Below, in pieces: positions 8,846-22,530 of a DNA stretch of 64,000 nucleotides. How positions within the stretch are numbered: position 1 is the first letter of the stretch; every line of letters begins with the position of its first letter. Made by a program: the position numbers and the translations under genes. The stretch comes from an uncultured Pseudomonadales bacterium (lineage in GTDB: Bacteria > Patescibacteriota > Microgenomatia > UBA1400 > PJMF01). Below the pieces are notes generated by a model, which was given only the letters and a program-made list of their open reading frames with translations, searched no databases and was not told the origin of the DNA. Location: the NCBI GenBank assembly GCA_964637295.1, contig CAZWWE010000001.1, positions 121,808 through 185,807 of the forward strand, written 5' to 3'.

Positions 8846-9562
8846 TTAATCCACCATGCTCTCGATCAAACCCTTAAAATATTTCATGATCGGTAAAACA
8901 TAAGAATAATCAAATCTCGTCGAACCTAACACGCCAAAACGACAATTATTGTTGGGTAATTCCACAAACATAATACTGATTTGGTCTAAATCTCTGTTGC
9001 CTAAATCTTGACCAAAAACTACTTTCACGGCATTTTCACTGTGATTGCTTTCAAAAATTTGATCCATCACTTGTTCTTCTTCGATCATGCGCAAAACTTG
9101 TCTGGTCAAATTGATATCATAAAATTCTGGCATCTGTAATAAATTGGAGTATCCAGAGTGATAAAGCTTACCATCTGGAGTCATAGCAATGCCCAAAGCA
9201 TGTGATTTTTCGGCTAAAACTCTCGATGTTTCATAAAGTAAATCTTCCATTTTGTCGCGATAACGCCAAATTTTTTCCTTAACTCCCACCTCATCAGCCA
9301 CCGAAAGTTCTTTTTCTTTGACTAATTCATTGATATATAAACGCATGGCTAAAGCAGTGGGCACACGACCTGCGCTAATGTGGGATTTAATCAAATAGCC
9401 TTGTTTTGTGAGATAAACCATTTCATTGCGAATGGTCGCTGGAGAAACACCAATATTATATTTCTTATCAATCGTTTCAGAACCAACTGGCATGCCAGTT
9501 TCAATAAATTCCTCGATAATAGCACGTAAAATTTGGATTTGGCGGGCAACTAAATCGATCAT
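8846..9562 (-). CDS. hrcA: heat-inducible transcription repressor HrcA (short form)
   Basis: 238-aa ORF with N-terminal winged-helix LTERQ-like motif (ARQIQILRAIIEEFIETGMPVGSETI), followed by grpE-dnaK-dnaJ. Confidence 0.8.
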   Translation of the reverse strand: MIDLVARQIQILRAIIEEFIETGMPVGSETIDKKYNIGVSPATIRNEMVYLTKQGYLIKSHISAGRVPTALAMRLYINELVKEKELSVADEVGVKEKIWRYRDKMEDLLYETSRVLAEKSHALGIAMTPDGKLYHSGYSNLLQMPEFYDINLTRQVLRMIEEEQVMDQIFESNHSENAVKVVFGQDLGNRDLDQISIMFVELPNNNCRFGVLGSTRFDYSYVLPIMKYFKGLIESMVD

Positions 9563-9565
9563 ATA

Positions 9566-9592
9566 TTAGCAATCATATCGATAGTTTGCTAA
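9566..9592 (-). promoter_or_regulatory. CIRCE-like HrcA operator (minus-strand read TTAGCAAAC-N9-GATTGCTAA) overlapping a TTGACA-N17-TATGAT promoter (9572-9600)
   Basis: Inverted repeat 4 nt upstream of the hrcA ATG. Promoter -35 at 9595-9600 and -10 at 9572-9577 with a 17-nt spacer imply a leaderless or very short-leader hrcA mRNA. The operator is embedded in the promoter. Confidence 0.5.
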
Positions 9593-9680
9593 TGTGTCAA
9601 GCAGAGACAAGAACGCTTTTTTAATAAAAAAGAGCTTGTCTCTAGATAAAAAAAGGATATAATTGATATACCATCATAAA

Positions 9681-10097
9681 ATGACAATAGGTCAAATAGA
9701 AGATAGGCTGGCCAAAACCATTACTAGTTTCTATCACCAGACCATTGGCTACGGTCCGAAAGAAACTCACGTGCGCATCTTGTCAGATATGATCATTGTT
9801 CGGCTTAAAGGACAATTACTTCCCCTAGAAAAAGAATTGCTTAAAGATAAAAAAGGCATTGATTTGGTTAAAAATATTCATGAGTTGATGCACGAAGCTT
9901 TTACAACTCAAATTGGACTTTTGGTCAAAAAAATTACTAAATGTCGAGTGATTAGTTCTCATAGTGATGTCAGCACTAAAACCGAAGAAATGATCGAAAT
10001 TTTTATTTTAGAACAAGATTACGAGAGTCAATTTAAAAATCACATCATTAAAAATCAGACGATTAAGCATAAAGGAAAAACACCCAATTTAGCCTAG
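9681..10097 (+). CDS. DUF2294 (MpsC-like) family protein
   Basis: MTIGQIEDRLAKTITSFYHQTIGYGPKETHVRILSDMIIVRLKG…ISSHSDVSTKTEEMIEIFIL closely matches the conserved DUF2294 pattern as I remember it (not searched here). The track ORF begins 6 codons earlier at 9663. Confidence 0.5.
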   Translation: MTIGQIEDRLAKTITSFYHQTIGYGPKETHVRILSDMIIVRLKGQLLPLEKELLKDKKGIDLVKNIHELMHEAFTTQIGLLVKKITKCRVISSHSDVSTKTEEMIEIFILEQDYESQFKNHIIKNQTIKHKGKTPNLA

Positions 10098-10184
10098 ATG
10101 CTAATAGTCTTTTACCAAGTTTGGTTGACGCTTTAAAACTTCGCGGTCGTAAATCGTAAACCTCTCCCAAAAAGGAGGTTTGCG

Positions 10185-10370
10185 ATGTCAAGTGAAAATT
10201 TACTAAACAAGTTAGCAATCGCTTATTTTGTGACCAATTCGCTTTGTTTATTAATTTTGTTAGAATTGCTCGTTTTTAAAAAATCTTTTTTAGTTTTGTT
10301 CTGCCTGATTTTTTATGGATGCTACAAATTAAACACACATTTATTTAACAAAAAATCCACCAACCTCTGA
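10185..10370 (+). CDS. small hydrophobic protein (61 aa), hypothetical
   Basis: Preceded by strong SD AAAGGAGGtttgcgATG; single predicted TM segment. Confidence 0.3.
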   Translation: MSSENLLNKLAIAYFVTNSLCLLILLELLVFKKSFLVLFCLIFYGCYKLNTHLFNKKSTNL

Positions 10371-10392
10371 CTTAAATTGCGATTTCTTTAAA

Positions 10393-13118
<2,726 letters not shown>

Positions 13119-13122
13119 AAAC

Positions 13123-14640
13123 TCAGGCTTCTTTCTTATAAAAACGAGGACGAGCTATTTTAAAATCTTGATTAAGTTTTTGCAAAGCTGCTTCTCCCGA
13201 AGCTTCAATCTTTGCTCCGGTCAAAAGAGTTTTCATTAAGGTAGCTTGTTTAGTTTTGGCAAAAGCCAAATACTCGCTTTCCCAAGCACCGAGATCGGCA
13301 ATTTCTACTTCATCAAGTAACCCATTGACGGCAGCATGAATAATTAAAACCTGATCGGCTACGGACATTTGTAAATCCCAAGCCTGCTTTAAAATTTCAC
13401 TGACTCTTTTGCCTCGATCTAATTGTTTTTTAGTGGCACTATCCAAATCTGAACTAAATTGGGCAAAAGCCTCTAGTTCTCTAAACTGGGCCAAATCAAG
13501 CTTCAAGCTGCCAGCCACTTGTTTCATTGCCTTCAGCTGAGCAGCTGAACCCACACGAGAAACTGAAAGACCAATGTTGATCGCCGGTCTCATGCCAGCA
13601 TTAAACAAATCAGTTTCCAAATAAATTTGGCCATCGGTAATAGAAATGACATTAGTAGGAATATAAGCTGACACATCATTGGCTTGAGTTTCGATGATGG
13701 GCAAAGCAGTGATTGAACCGCCACCATTCTCTTGATTTAATTTACAAGCACGCTCCAATAAACGAGAGTGTAAATAAAAGACATCACCAGGATAAGCTTC
13801 ACGGCCTGAAGGTCTTTTGAGTAACAAAGAGATTTCTCGATAAGCCTGAGCGTGTTTGCTCAGATCATCAAAAACAATTAAAACGTCTTTGCCTTTTTCG
13901 AGAAAATATTCGGCAATGGCTTGACCAGCATAAGGAGCTAAAAACTGTAAAGAAGCAGCTTCACTAGCTGAAGCGGCAACCACAGTGGTGTATTCCAAAG
14001 CTCCTTTGTCATCTAACACTTGAATAAATTGTGCTAGAGTCGATTTTTTTTGACCAATCGCCACGTAAACACAGATCACATCTTGACCTTTTTGATTTAA
14101 AATCGTGGCCAAAGCGATCGAAGACTTACCAGTATTACGATCGCCAATAATCAATTCTCTTTGACCTCTTCCAATTGGAATTAGGGCATCAATAGCTTTG
14201 ATTCCAGTCTGTAATGGTTGATTAACTGCTTCACGTACAATTACGCCAGGAGCAATTTTTTCCAGGAGCATCGATTTATCTTTTTGAATGGCAGCTTTGC
14301 CATCTTCTACTTGACCAAGTGGATTAACCACTCTACCGATAATCTCTTCTGAAACATCAATGGCTAAAATTTGTTTGCTACGATAAACAAGGTCACCAGT
14401 TTTAATTTGATCTGCACCTGCCAAAACGATAATGCCCACTTTATCTTTTTCCAAGTTAAGAGCTAGGCCAGTTGCTCCTGATTCAAAAGAAACTAACTCA
14501 CCAGCTTGCACATCATTCAATTCATCAGCAAAAACAATGCCATCGGCATAAGCAATCACTTTACCAACTGTCACTGCCTGAAGATTAAGATCTTGGCTTT
14601 TGAGAGTGTTTAAGTGATTAAAAACATCGACTTTTGACAT
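13123..14640 (-). CDS. atpA: F1 ATP synthase alpha subunit
   Basis: 505-aa ORF with GDRNTGKS P-loop. Confidence 0.95.
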   Translation of the reverse strand: MSKVDVFNHLNTLKSQDLNLQAVTVGKVIAYADGIVFADELNDVQAGELVSFESGATGLALNLEKDKVGIIVLAGADQIKTGDLVYRSKQILAIDVSEEIIGRVVNPLGQVEDGKAAIQKDKSMLLEKIAPGVIVREAVNQPLQTGIKAIDALIPIGRGQRELIIGDRNTGKSSIALATILNQKGQDVICVYVAIGQKKSTLAQFIQVLDDKGALEYTTVVAASASEAASLQFLAPYAGQAIAEYFLEKGKDVLIVFDDLSKHAQAYREISLLLKRPSGREAYPGDVFYLHSRLLERACKLNQENGGGSITALPIIETQANDVSAYIPTNVISITDGQIYLETDLFNAGMRPAINIGLSVSRVGSAAQLKAMKQVAGSLKLDLAQFRELEAFAQFSSDLDSATKKQLDRGKRVSEILKQAWDLQMSVADQVLIIHAAVNGLLDEVEIADLGAWESEYLAFAKTKQATLMKTLLTGAKIEASGEAALQKLNQDFKIARPRFYKKEA

Positions 14641-14642
14641 AT

Positions 14643-14858
14643 TTAAATCTTACTAGCAAGCTGATTTAAACGAGTTTTCAAACTCGCATCATATAATTTA
14701 CCAGCTACACTGAGTTGTAATCCAGCAATCAACTCTGTTTTCAATTGATAATTAAAAAGTAGCTTGTCGCTTGAATATTGATCAGTTAAAGCTTGCTCTA
14801 GCTTCTTTTTTTGTTGATCAGTTAGCTCTACTGCGCTGGCAATATTAACTTGCAACAT
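14643..14858 (-). CDS. atpH: ATP synthase delta (OSCP) subunit, only the C-terminal domain (71 aa)
   Basis: Sequence (…[53 protein letters not shown]) matches the C-terminal part of delta. The ATG sits 2 nt after the atpF stop. An in-frame stop lies 5 codons upstream, so no simple N-terminal extension is possible. Confidence 0.6.
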   Translation of the reverse strand: MLQVNIASAVELTDQQKKKLEQALTDQYSSDKLLFNYQLKTELIAGLQLSVAGKLYDASLKTRLNQLASKI

Positions 14859-14860
14859 AT

Positions 14861-15346
14861 TTATAAGCTTTCAATAATTTGGTTAATTTGTTGATCAATT
14901 AGTTTTTGATGTTTTTTGGCATCAATAGATTCTTGTAAAACTGTTTCGGCAATCTTGACTGCCGCTTGTTTTAATTCTTGATCCATCATTTTTAATTTTT
15001 CTTTTTTCAATTTGGCCAATTCAGCCGTAAATTTACTTTCTTTCAAAGCTAAATCAGCCTTATTTTGTTCAATTAAAGCTTTGACTGTTTTTTTTGCTTC
15101 AGCCTGAGTTTCGTGTTCGATTTTTTTAGCTGTTTGTTGTGCCTGATCCAAAGTCTCACGTTTAATTTTTTCCAAATTGGCTTTTTCTTGCAAAATTTCA
15201 TTGGAAGCCGCCGCCGCTTGCGCTACTTTCGCCTTGCGCTCATTCAATAATTTCAAAACAGGCTGATAAATGAAACGAGTCAAAACAAACAAAACCAGAC
15301 CAAAATTAATAATCTGAAAAATAATTTGTGCTAATTGTATATCCAT
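14861..15346 (-). CDS. atpF: Fo ATP synthase b subunit
   Basis: 161 aa, N-terminal TM helix plus long charged coiled coil; operon position. Confidence 0.75.
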   Translation of the reverse strand: MDIQLAQIIFQIINFGLVLFVLTRFIYQPVLKLLNERKAKVAQAAAASNEILQEKANLEKIKRETLDQAQQTAKKIEHETQAEAKKTVKALIEQNKADLALKESKFTAELAKLKKEKLKMMDQELKQAAVKIAETVLQESIDAKKHQKLIDQQINQIIESL

Positions 15347-15371
15347 AGATTGATTCCTTTGCTAAAAAGCC

Positions 15372-16642
<1,271 letters not shown>

Positions 16643-16705
16643 TAAGACAAGAGCCGACTTTTTTGCTATGCTTTTTATTAATTAGGCTTTCTCACAAAAC
16701 TAGTT

Positions 16706-18130
16706 ATGAATCAAAACTATCCACTCAATCCTCGACTCCGAAAACAAAGAAAAACTTTGCTTTCTTTTCTGGCTTTGATCTTTTTAATTACTGGCGTGAT
16801 GTTGGGTGCCTGGCAATTAAAAATTGTGCGTGAATTTTTTGGACAAGCCAGTGGTGTTCCTGCCAACTTAATCATTGATACACAGGCTATTTTAGGCCCT
16901 TTGCCTCGACCGTGGCGAAACCTGGCTCAAGGTGGTGAAGATCATAATTGGCGTTTAGATAAACTAAATGGGCCAGTTGCGGCTCTTAAGCCAGAATACA
17001 TTCGTCTCGATCATATTTATGATTTCTACGACATTGTTCAAGGGGGACCAGGCAATTTAACTTTCAATTGGACCAAATTTGACTTGATCATTGATGACAT
17101 TGTTAAAACTGGTGCCACACCCTATGTCGCTTTAAGCTATATGCCGCCAGCCATTTCTTCTGGAGATATTTTGGCCTATCCCACTAATTGGGCTGATTGG
17201 CAATTAGTGGTGCAAAAAACCATTGAACATGTAAGTGGTAGCAAGGGCATTCGTGATGTTTATTATGAAGTTTGGAATGAACCAGATTTGTTTGGTTCAT
17301 TTAAATATTATGGAGAGAAAAACTATCTCACTCTTTATGCCTACGCCAGCGCCGGAGCTAAAAATGCAAGAGGTGTTTTACCATTCAAGTTAGGAGGCCC
17401 AGCTATCACTGCTCTCTACAAAAATTGGTTTGATGCTTGGGCTAAAGCTTGCATTGGCAATAGCTGGCGTTGTGATTTCTTTTCTTGGCATCGCTACAGT
17501 AACGATCTAGATCAGTATGCTGAAGATATGGAATTAGTAAAAAATTGGGTAGCAGCTTACCCACAACTAGAACCCACTTTAGAATTTCATATTACGGAAT
17601 GGGGGCATGATAGCAAAAATCATGCTGGCTATGATTCACAATACGGAGCAGCCCACACCGTAGCTGGCGCAATTGCCATGAGCAATCGCGTGACTAGAGC
17701 TTTTGCCTTCGAAATTCAAGATGGCAAAGACCCTGAAGGCAAAAGCCAATGGGGTCGTTGGGGAATGTTTACGCATAATGATTTTGGGGCAAATAGTAAA
17801 CCGCGTTATCGAGCTCTCAAAATGCTTGACAGCATCGCTGACCAACGCCTACAAATCACTGGCTTGGGTTCTTGGGTTAAAGCCCTAGCTGCCAAAAATG
17901 ATAATGGTGAAACAGAAATTATTATTGCCAATTTTGATGCCAAAGGCGCACACAGTGAAACAGTCCCCCTCACTTTTTTAAATATTGAACCAGGCTCTTA
18001 CACCTTAGACAAAGAATTTTTGGGAGGTAGTAAACAAAATCAGCAACTCGCCACCGATGCCGCTATTTTAAAAACCGAAATTTTTATGCCTATTAATGAA
18101 GTCGCCAAAATAAAATTGATTAAGAATTAA
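16706..18130 (+). CDS. membrane-anchored glycoside hydrolase, clan GH-A (GH39-like)
   Basis: N-terminal TM helix; YYEVWNEPDL (acid/base Glu) and FHITEWGHD (nucleophile Glu) motifs. Confidence 0.55.
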   Translation: MNQNYPLNPRLRKQRKTLLSFLALIFLITGVMLGAWQLKIVREFFGQASGVPANLIIDTQAILGPLPRPWRNLAQGGEDHNWRLDKLNGPVAALKPEYIRLDHIYDFYDIVQGGPGNLTFNWTKFDLIIDDIVKTGATPYVALSYMPPAISSGDILAYPTNWADWQLVVQKTIEHVSGSKGIRDVYYEVWNEPDLFGSFKYYGEKNYLTLYAYASAGAKNARGVLPFKLGGPAITALYKNWFDAWAKACIGNSWRCDFFSWHRYSNDLDQYAEDMELVKNWVAAYPQLEPTLEFHITEWGHDSKNHAGYDSQYGAAHTVAGAIAMSNRVTRAFAFEIQDGKDPEGKSQWGRWGMFTHNDFGANSKPRYRALKMLDSIADQRLQITGLGSWVKALAAKNDNGETEIIIANFDAKGAHSETVPLTFLNIEPGSYTLDKEFLGGSKQNQQLATDAAILKTEIFMPINEVAKIKLIKN

Positions 18131-19271
18131 GCCCCAAGAGAAATTTAATTTTTTTGGCAAACATCAACGGCGCATAAACTTGAGTACATTGATGAATTTT
18201 TAATAAATCGACGCGAAAGTTTTGTTGAAAATTTTTAATCGCCGCTATAAGACTCTCAACGGTTAAATCTTGAAAAAACACACCTGTTTTTCCTGCTTCA
18301 ATAGTTTCTTTGGGTCCTCCAGAAAAATGAGCAATGACCGGCGTGCCAAAAGCCATCGCTTCAATCGGTACCATGCCAAAATCTTCGTCTTCGACAGGAT
18401 AAATTAAAGCCTGAGCATTTTTATAAAGTTCGATTAATTGCTGATCATTGACCGCTCCTAAAAATTCAATTGTTTCGCCAGCTATTTTTTTTAAATTTTC
18501 CAACATCGCTCCTGACCCCACCACTTTGAGAGGAATTTTTAAGTTAGTCGCTGCTTGGACAGCCAATTCTGGATGTTTGGCCAAAGCCAAGCGATTGACA
18601 TAAAGATAATAAGAAGTTGTTTTTTGTTTGGTGAAATCAGCCAATGTTTTTTTATTTAACTGATCAAAAAAAGTTTGAGCACTATCATAGATTTTAATTG
18701 GCGGATTAATGACGACACTTTTTCTTTTATAAAACTTCTGAATTCTAAGCGCTGTTTCTTGAGAGTTAGCAATAAAAAAATCTGGATTTTGTGCTGCTTG
18801 AAAATCCATTTGTCTGACGAAGTGATTGAGCAAATTACCAGCAAAACGAGTGAGTGAATTTGCCTGCCAATTACTTTTAGCACTGTAGCCATACAGCACT
18901 CTCGGCGGAGTATGACAATAACAATAATGCACGCCATTGGGCACTTTCACGGCCTTAGCGAAATAGGCGTTGGAAGAACTAATCACTACATCATATCCAC
19001 TTAAATCAAACTGTTCAAAAGCCCATTTAGCAAAAATGCGCATTGGAGAAAAAAGTTGTTTATAAAAAGGCAAACGAATTAATTTGCTTTGACGAATGTC
19101 CCAATCGGCAAAAATTTGCCAATTTTTTCCCATAGCTTTTGAGTCAACAAAAGCCGTGTAGATCGGGGCTGTCGGAAACATTGCGTGCAAAGCTTCTAAC
19201 ACGCGTTCAGCACCACCGTATTCTCTCAAATAATCGTGAACTAGAGCTATTTTTAAGTTTTTTTTTGCCAT
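18120..19271 (-). CDS. glycosyltransferase family 4 (GT-B)
   Basis: 383 aa with GT4-like N-terminus (LVHDYLREYGGAERV) and a C-terminal E-X7-E-like region. Confidence 0.7.
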   Translation of the reverse strand: MAKKNLKIALVHDYLREYGGAERVLEALHAMFPTAPIYTAFVDSKAMGKNWQIFADWDIRQSKLIRLPFYKQLFSPMRIFAKWAFEQFDLSGYDVVISSSNAYFAKAVKVPNGVHYCYCHTPPRVLYGYSAKSNWQANSLTRFAGNLLNHFVRQMDFQAAQNPDFFIANSQETALRIQKFYKRKSVVINPPIKIYDSAQTFFDQLNKKTLADFTKQKTTSYYLYVNRLALAKHPELAVQAATNLKIPLKVVGSGAMLENLKKIAGETIEFLGAVNDQQLIELYKNAQALIYPVEDEDFGMVPIEAMAFGTPVIAHFSGGPKETIEAGKTGVFFQDLTVESLIAAIKNFQQNFRVDLLKIHQCTQVYAPLMFAKKIKFLLGLNS

Positions 19272-19293
19272 ATTTTATCAATTTGTCACAAGT

Positions 19294-20223
19294 TCAAAAT
19301 AAAGCCTCTTGCACTGAGGTTTCAAAAGCATCTTTAGGTAAAAAATTGATTAAAGATTTAAAATTTAGAGTTTTAAAAATCTCAATTACCTGATTCTTAT
19401 CATAACTTGTTAAACGACAATTCTCTAAATCAAAATCAATTGGTGCTTGGCACTCAATAGTAGCTAGTTCTTTACTCAAAAAAGCTTCCTCTTTACCAGC
19501 TATCAACTTATTTAACAAAGCCCCTTTAATTAAATCGTTACCAGTTGGATTGCTTGCTAAAAATTCATAAATTTTTTCAATCGTGCCAAAGGCTTGAATA
19601 AGAGCAGCAGCGGTTTTTGGACCAACACCTCTCACACCCGGAATATTGTCAGAATTGTCACCCATTAACGCCTTAAGATCAATTACTTGTTTCGGACTTA
19701 TCCCAAGTTTTTTTTCTACCAAGGCCGCATCATATTCAATATCACCTTTTTGTTTACCACGAGCTGGCATCCAAATGTGTGTATCATTATCAACTAACTG
19801 AAAAGCATCTTGATCACCAGTGACAATAATCGTCAATAATTGGCGATCTAAATCTTCAACTTGATGATTAACAGTGCCAATCAGGTCATCAGCTTCAAAA
19901 CCCTCAATCTCAAACTTAGGAATACCAAGAGCGGTAACAACATCTTTGACTAATTGAATTTGTGGAATTAAATCATCGGGCATTTTGGCTCGCTGAGCTT
20001 TATAGCCATCAAATTTTTTATGGCGAAAAGTAGGCTTAGGATGATCAAAACAAACTGCAGCGTACTCAGGTTCAAAATAACTAATCGCCCCCAAGACCAT
20101 TTTACTAAAACCATAGACTGCATTGACCAAATTTCCTGCCGGATCAGTTAAATTGGGAATAGCATAATAAGCACGATAAATCAGAGCATGAGCATCAACT
20201 AAAAGAAATTTTTTACGGGACAT
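19294..20223 (-). CDS. stand-alone 5'-3' exonuclease (FEN/Pol I N-terminal domain)
   Basis: LLVDAHALIYRAYYAIPNL…, H3TH motif (…NIPGVRGVGPKTAAALI…); probable start MSRKK at ~20223 rather than the track start at 20295. Confidence 0.8.
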   Translation of the reverse strand: MSRKKFLLVDAHALIYRAYYAIPNLTDPAGNLVNAVYGFSKMVLGAISYFEPEYAAVCFDHPKPTFRHKKFDGYKAQRAKMPDDLIPQIQLVKDVVTALGIPKFEIEGFEADDLIGTVNHQVEDLDRQLLTIIVTGDQDAFQLVDNDTHIWMPARGKQKGDIEYDAALVEKKLGISPKQVIDLKALMGDNSDNIPGVRGVGPKTAAALIQAFGTIEKIYEFLASNPTGNDLIKGALLNKLIAGKEEAFLSKELATIECQAPIDFDLENCRLTSYDKNQVIEIFKTLNFKSLINFLPKDAFETSVQEALF

Positions 20224-20242
20224 AATTGATGATTTCCCGCCA

Positions 20243-22156
20243 TTATATCGCTTTGGCTTTGGGCATGTCCATGAGTTTGGCAAACTCATCTGCATCTAAA
20301 GTTTCTTTTTCCAATAAATTTTCAGCAATTTTATCGAGTTTGGCACGGTATTTGGTTAATAAGGCTGCAGCCTTACTTTCTGCTTGACGAACATAGCTCA
20401 TCATTTCTTCATCTACTTGCTCTAAAACCTTAGTGGAAGGCTTATCTGCTTCACCCCAAGCTCGACTATAATCTTCCCCTTCGTATTGAGGTCCAAAGTT
20501 CATGGGACCTAATTTGCTCATGCCAAAACGCACCACCATATTGCGAGCAATTCTAGTCACTCGATCAATATCATTACTAGCACCGGCAGTTTGCTCATTA
20601 AAAATCAGCATTTCGGCAGCCCTACCGCCTAGCATCACGGTCATGTCATCAAGCAATTCAGATTTCAAAATTTGCAATTTATCTTTTTCTGGAGGAGTAA
20701 AGGTGTAACCCAAGGCCTGGCCTCTGGAAACAATTGAGATGCGATGCACTGGATCAGCATAAGGCAAAATGTGAGCCAAAACTGCATGACCCGCTTCGTG
20801 ATAAGCCGTCATTTTTTTCTCTTTTTCATCTTGCAAACGTTTTTTGCTCGGTCCATATTTCACTTTCAAAGATGCCTCTTCAATATCCTCCAAAGTAATT
20901 TCTTCGCGACTTTCTCTAGCTATAGCAATAGCTGCTTCATTAAGCATATTTTCTAAATCTGCTCCAGAAAAACCCACTGTGCGCTTGGCCACTTTTTCCC
21001 AATCCAAATCTTTGCTGAAAGTTTTATTTTTAGCGTGAATATTTAAAATAAACTTACGTTCTTCTAGATCTGGCAAATTAACTTGCACGCGACGATCAAA
21101 GCGACCAGGACGAACTAGGGCTGGATCGAGCATATCTCCTCGATTGGTGGCGGCCATCACAATGACGTTGTCATTTTGCGTAAAACCATCCATCTCGACT
21201 AAAATTTGATTAAGAGTTTGTTCACGCTCATCATGAGAAGACATACTGTTGCGACTGCGCATACGACCAATCGCATCAATTTCATCAATGAAAATAATTG
21301 ATGGAGCAATCTTTTTAGCCGTATCAAATAAATCTCTCACACGAGAAGCTCCTACACCTACCAACATTTCCATGAATTCACTTCCAGCAATGGAAAGAAA
21401 TTGCACCCCAGCTTCACCAGCTACAGCTCTAGCTAATAAAGTTTTACCCGTTCCAGCTGGACCAACTAATAATACTCCTTTGGGAGTACGTGCTCCGACT
21501 TTGGTATATTTTTTGGGGTTTTTTAAAAAATCGACAATTTCTTCGAGTTCTTTTTTGGCTTCATTCATGCCACCAACATCTTTGAAAGAAATATTTTGTT
21601 TACCTTTGACAAAAACTTTAGCTTTGCTTTTACCCATACCAAACATGGCGTCAGTACCACCTCGAGCTTGTCTAAAAACAAACATTAAAAGCACAAACAT
21701 TAAAATAATTGGCAAGAAATTGATCACCAATTCCCAAAGCATTTGCATAAAAGTAGCATCATGAATTTCTGTATCTACTTTTGTTAAATCAATGTTGGCC
21801 GAATCGAGCACTTCCAAAACTTTTTGACCTTCTTCTTTTTTGGCCACTTTTTTAGCATTGTCTTTATAAGTTAAGCGCAGTTCTTGGCCATAGACCTCCA
21901 TTTTGGCCACTTTTTCATCTCTAATATCTGTCACCATTTGACTGATGGTGATCTGCTCACGACCGCGATTACCGCCAAAAGCACCTAAAAGTGAAGGGAC
22001 AAATAAAAATAAAATAATTAAATAAATCAGGGTTTTGTTGAAAAATTTATTTAAATTAATTCTTAGCTCCACGCGCTTATATGTTCCATTCTGCTTGGGA
22101 GTTTTTGGCTCAGCTTTCTTAGGATTTTTTTCATTTTGATCGTTCATAAAAGTCAA
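20243..22156 (-). CDS. ftsH: ATP-dependent zinc metalloprotease FtsH
   Basis: TM anchors, AAA Walker A (GPAGTGKT), SRH, HEAGHA zinc-binding motif. Track start is TTG; an internal ATG lies ~3 codons downstream. Confidence 0.92.
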   Translation of the reverse strand: MTFMNDQNEKNPKKAEPKTPKQNGTYKRVELRINLNKFFNKTLIYLIILFLFVPSLLGAFGGNRGREQITISQMVTDIRDEKVAKMEVYGQELRLTYKDNAKKVAKKEEGQKVLEVLDSANIDLTKVDTEIHDATFMQMLWELVINFLPIILMFVLLMFVFRQARGGTDAMFGMGKSKAKVFVKGKQNISFKDVGGMNEAKKELEEIVDFLKNPKKYTKVGARTPKGVLLVGPAGTGKTLLARAVAGEAGVQFLSIAGSEFMEMLVGVGASRVRDLFDTAKKIAPSIIFIDEIDAIGRMRSRNSMSSHDEREQTLNQILVEMDGFTQNDNVIVMAATNRGDMLDPALVRPGRFDRRVQVNLPDLEERKFILNIHAKNKTFSKDLDWEKVAKRTVGFSGADLENMLNEAAIAIARESREEITLEDIEEASLKVKYGPSKKRLQDEKEKKMTAYHEAGHAVLAHILPYADPVHRISIVSRGQALGYTFTPPEKDKLQILKSELLDDMTVMLGGRAAEMLIFNEQTAGASNDIDRVTRIARNMVVRFGMSKLGPMNFGPQYEGEDYSRAWGEADKPSTKVLEQVDEEMMSYVRQAESKAAALLTKYRAKLDKIAENLLEKETLDADEFAKLMDMPKAKAI

Positions 22157-22186
22157 ACTTTCTAGTAGCGATAGTTGATGCTTAGT

Positions 22187-22522
22187 TTAGCACAAGACGG
22201 CGCCTAGTTCTGCCTGATCATCTAAATTAATTAGCATTGGCTTATCAGCATTGTCTATCATCAGCATCATCCCCTGACTGACACTTGGGCCCATCTTGCG
22301 TTCTGCTAAATTAACTACAAAAGGAAATTTTTTATTCAAAAAATCAGCTGCATCATACCATTTTTGAACTCCAGAAAAAATCGTTTTTTCGCCAAGTGTT
22401 GCGCCAAAATTAACTCTAAATTCTAAAAGCTTCTCACTCCACTCTGGAATTTTTACAAAAGTCACCATACCGACTCGCAGCTCAACTTTTAAAAAATCAG
22501 TAAATTGAATGGTTTCTGACAT
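22187..22522 (-). CDS. tRNA-binding domain protein (CsaA/EMAP-like)
   Basis: 111 aa with the tRNA-binding-domain pattern (…LKVELRVGMV…, …GEKTIFSGVQKWY…). Confidence 0.55.
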   Translation of the reverse strand: MSETIQFTDFLKVELRVGMVTFVKIPEWSEKLLEFRVNFGATLGEKTIFSGVQKWYDAADFLNKKFPFVVNLAERKMGPSVSQGMMLMIDNADKPMLINLDDQAELGAVLC

Positions 22523-22530
22523 AGGAAGTG

